Positions 63,461-64,000 of a stretch of 64,000 nucleotides of DNA are shown piece after piece. Source of the DNA: Truepera sp. (lineage in GTDB: Bacteria; Deinococcota; Deinococci; Deinococcales; Trueperaceae). The position numbers and the translations under genes are program-made. The stretch covers positions 96,001 through 160,000 of the forward strand of contig CBDCKW010000005.1 in the NCBI GenBank assembly GCA_965218435.1. The letters are read 5' to 3'. Position 1 is the first letter of the stretch, and the number at the start of each line of letters is the position of its first letter. Under the pieces are notes generated by a model. That model worked only from the letters and a program-made list of their open reading frames with translations, was not told the origin of the DNA and made no database searches.

Positions 63461-64000
63461 ACCCTAATTGCCAGTAAGACTCAGTCGAGGTTGGAGAGAA
63501 CGAGCGCGAGTAAAGAGGCGTTGAGCTTGATAAAGAAGCCCTGATTGGTGCGAGCTCTGAGCCGTTGCGTGCCCATACTCTCTAGCTGGCTGTTGAGGGT
63601 TTCAATGCTTTTGCGGTAACGCTGAAGCGCGAAGAACTCAGCGAGTGTATTTTGCTCTTTCATATTCTTACGACGTGACGGCACAAGCTTAACCCCGGTG
63701 TCTGCAACACTGTTATAGGCTTTATCAGCGTAGACACGTGCGCCTTGGGGTAAGGCGTAGCACAGCTCATGAACTGGTGTGAGGTCGTATAGCAGGCCCA
63801 AGAGGGCCGGGGCACTGCCCCCTATGCTGATGACTCGCTTCTAAAAGAGCAAAGCTTACCGGGATACCTGCAGGCGTACAGACCAGATGCAGTCGCCAGC
63901 CGAAGAATTTCTCTTTTTTAGCAGCGCAGTAGCCGCAGAACGCCTTACCCCTGACTTTTTTGCAGCGTCTAGCGCGAACCCGCTTGCACACAGGCAAAGG
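63461..64000 (-). mobile_element. IS982-family element, frameshifted, running off the window
   Basis: GYCAAK, FGWRLH, YADKAY, RKSIETLNSQL; ACCC-type end at 63461. Confidence 0.85.

Overview
Accessory, probably plasmid-like DNA, most likely from a Deinococcota bacterium of the Truepera type. That assignment is inferred from very frequent CTCGAG, leaderless TANNNT-N5-7-start promoters and Deinococcus-style tyrosine recombinases. 1-12 kb: two IS110 elements, a MarR/oxidoreductase/MFS region with many broken genes, and an IS200. 12.3-15.7 kb: a pair of 25-bp inverted repeats, then a possible divergent Tus-like gene; two toxin-antitoxin cassettes sit between three copies of the 5' end of its partner gene. 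16.6-29.3 kb: an intact GntR-regulated GH38/ABC/oxidative sugar-acid locus. 29.7-47.5 kb: an intact DeoR-regulated locus (GH114, DUF4832, GH4, two ABC sets, amidohydrolase, SIS protein, two kinases) that reads as a poly-alpha-galactosamine utilisation system. 47.7-64 kb: nested IS elements, a bacterial ubiquitin-like operon (Ubl ending in Ser, Cys-free E2, JAB-E1 fusion, XRE-IrrE regulator, broken PIN gene), VapBC modules, tyrosine recombinases with dif-like sites and a ~550-bp inverted duplication. No rRNA, tRNA or CRISPR array was seen. All family calls come from motif recognition by eye, not database searches.
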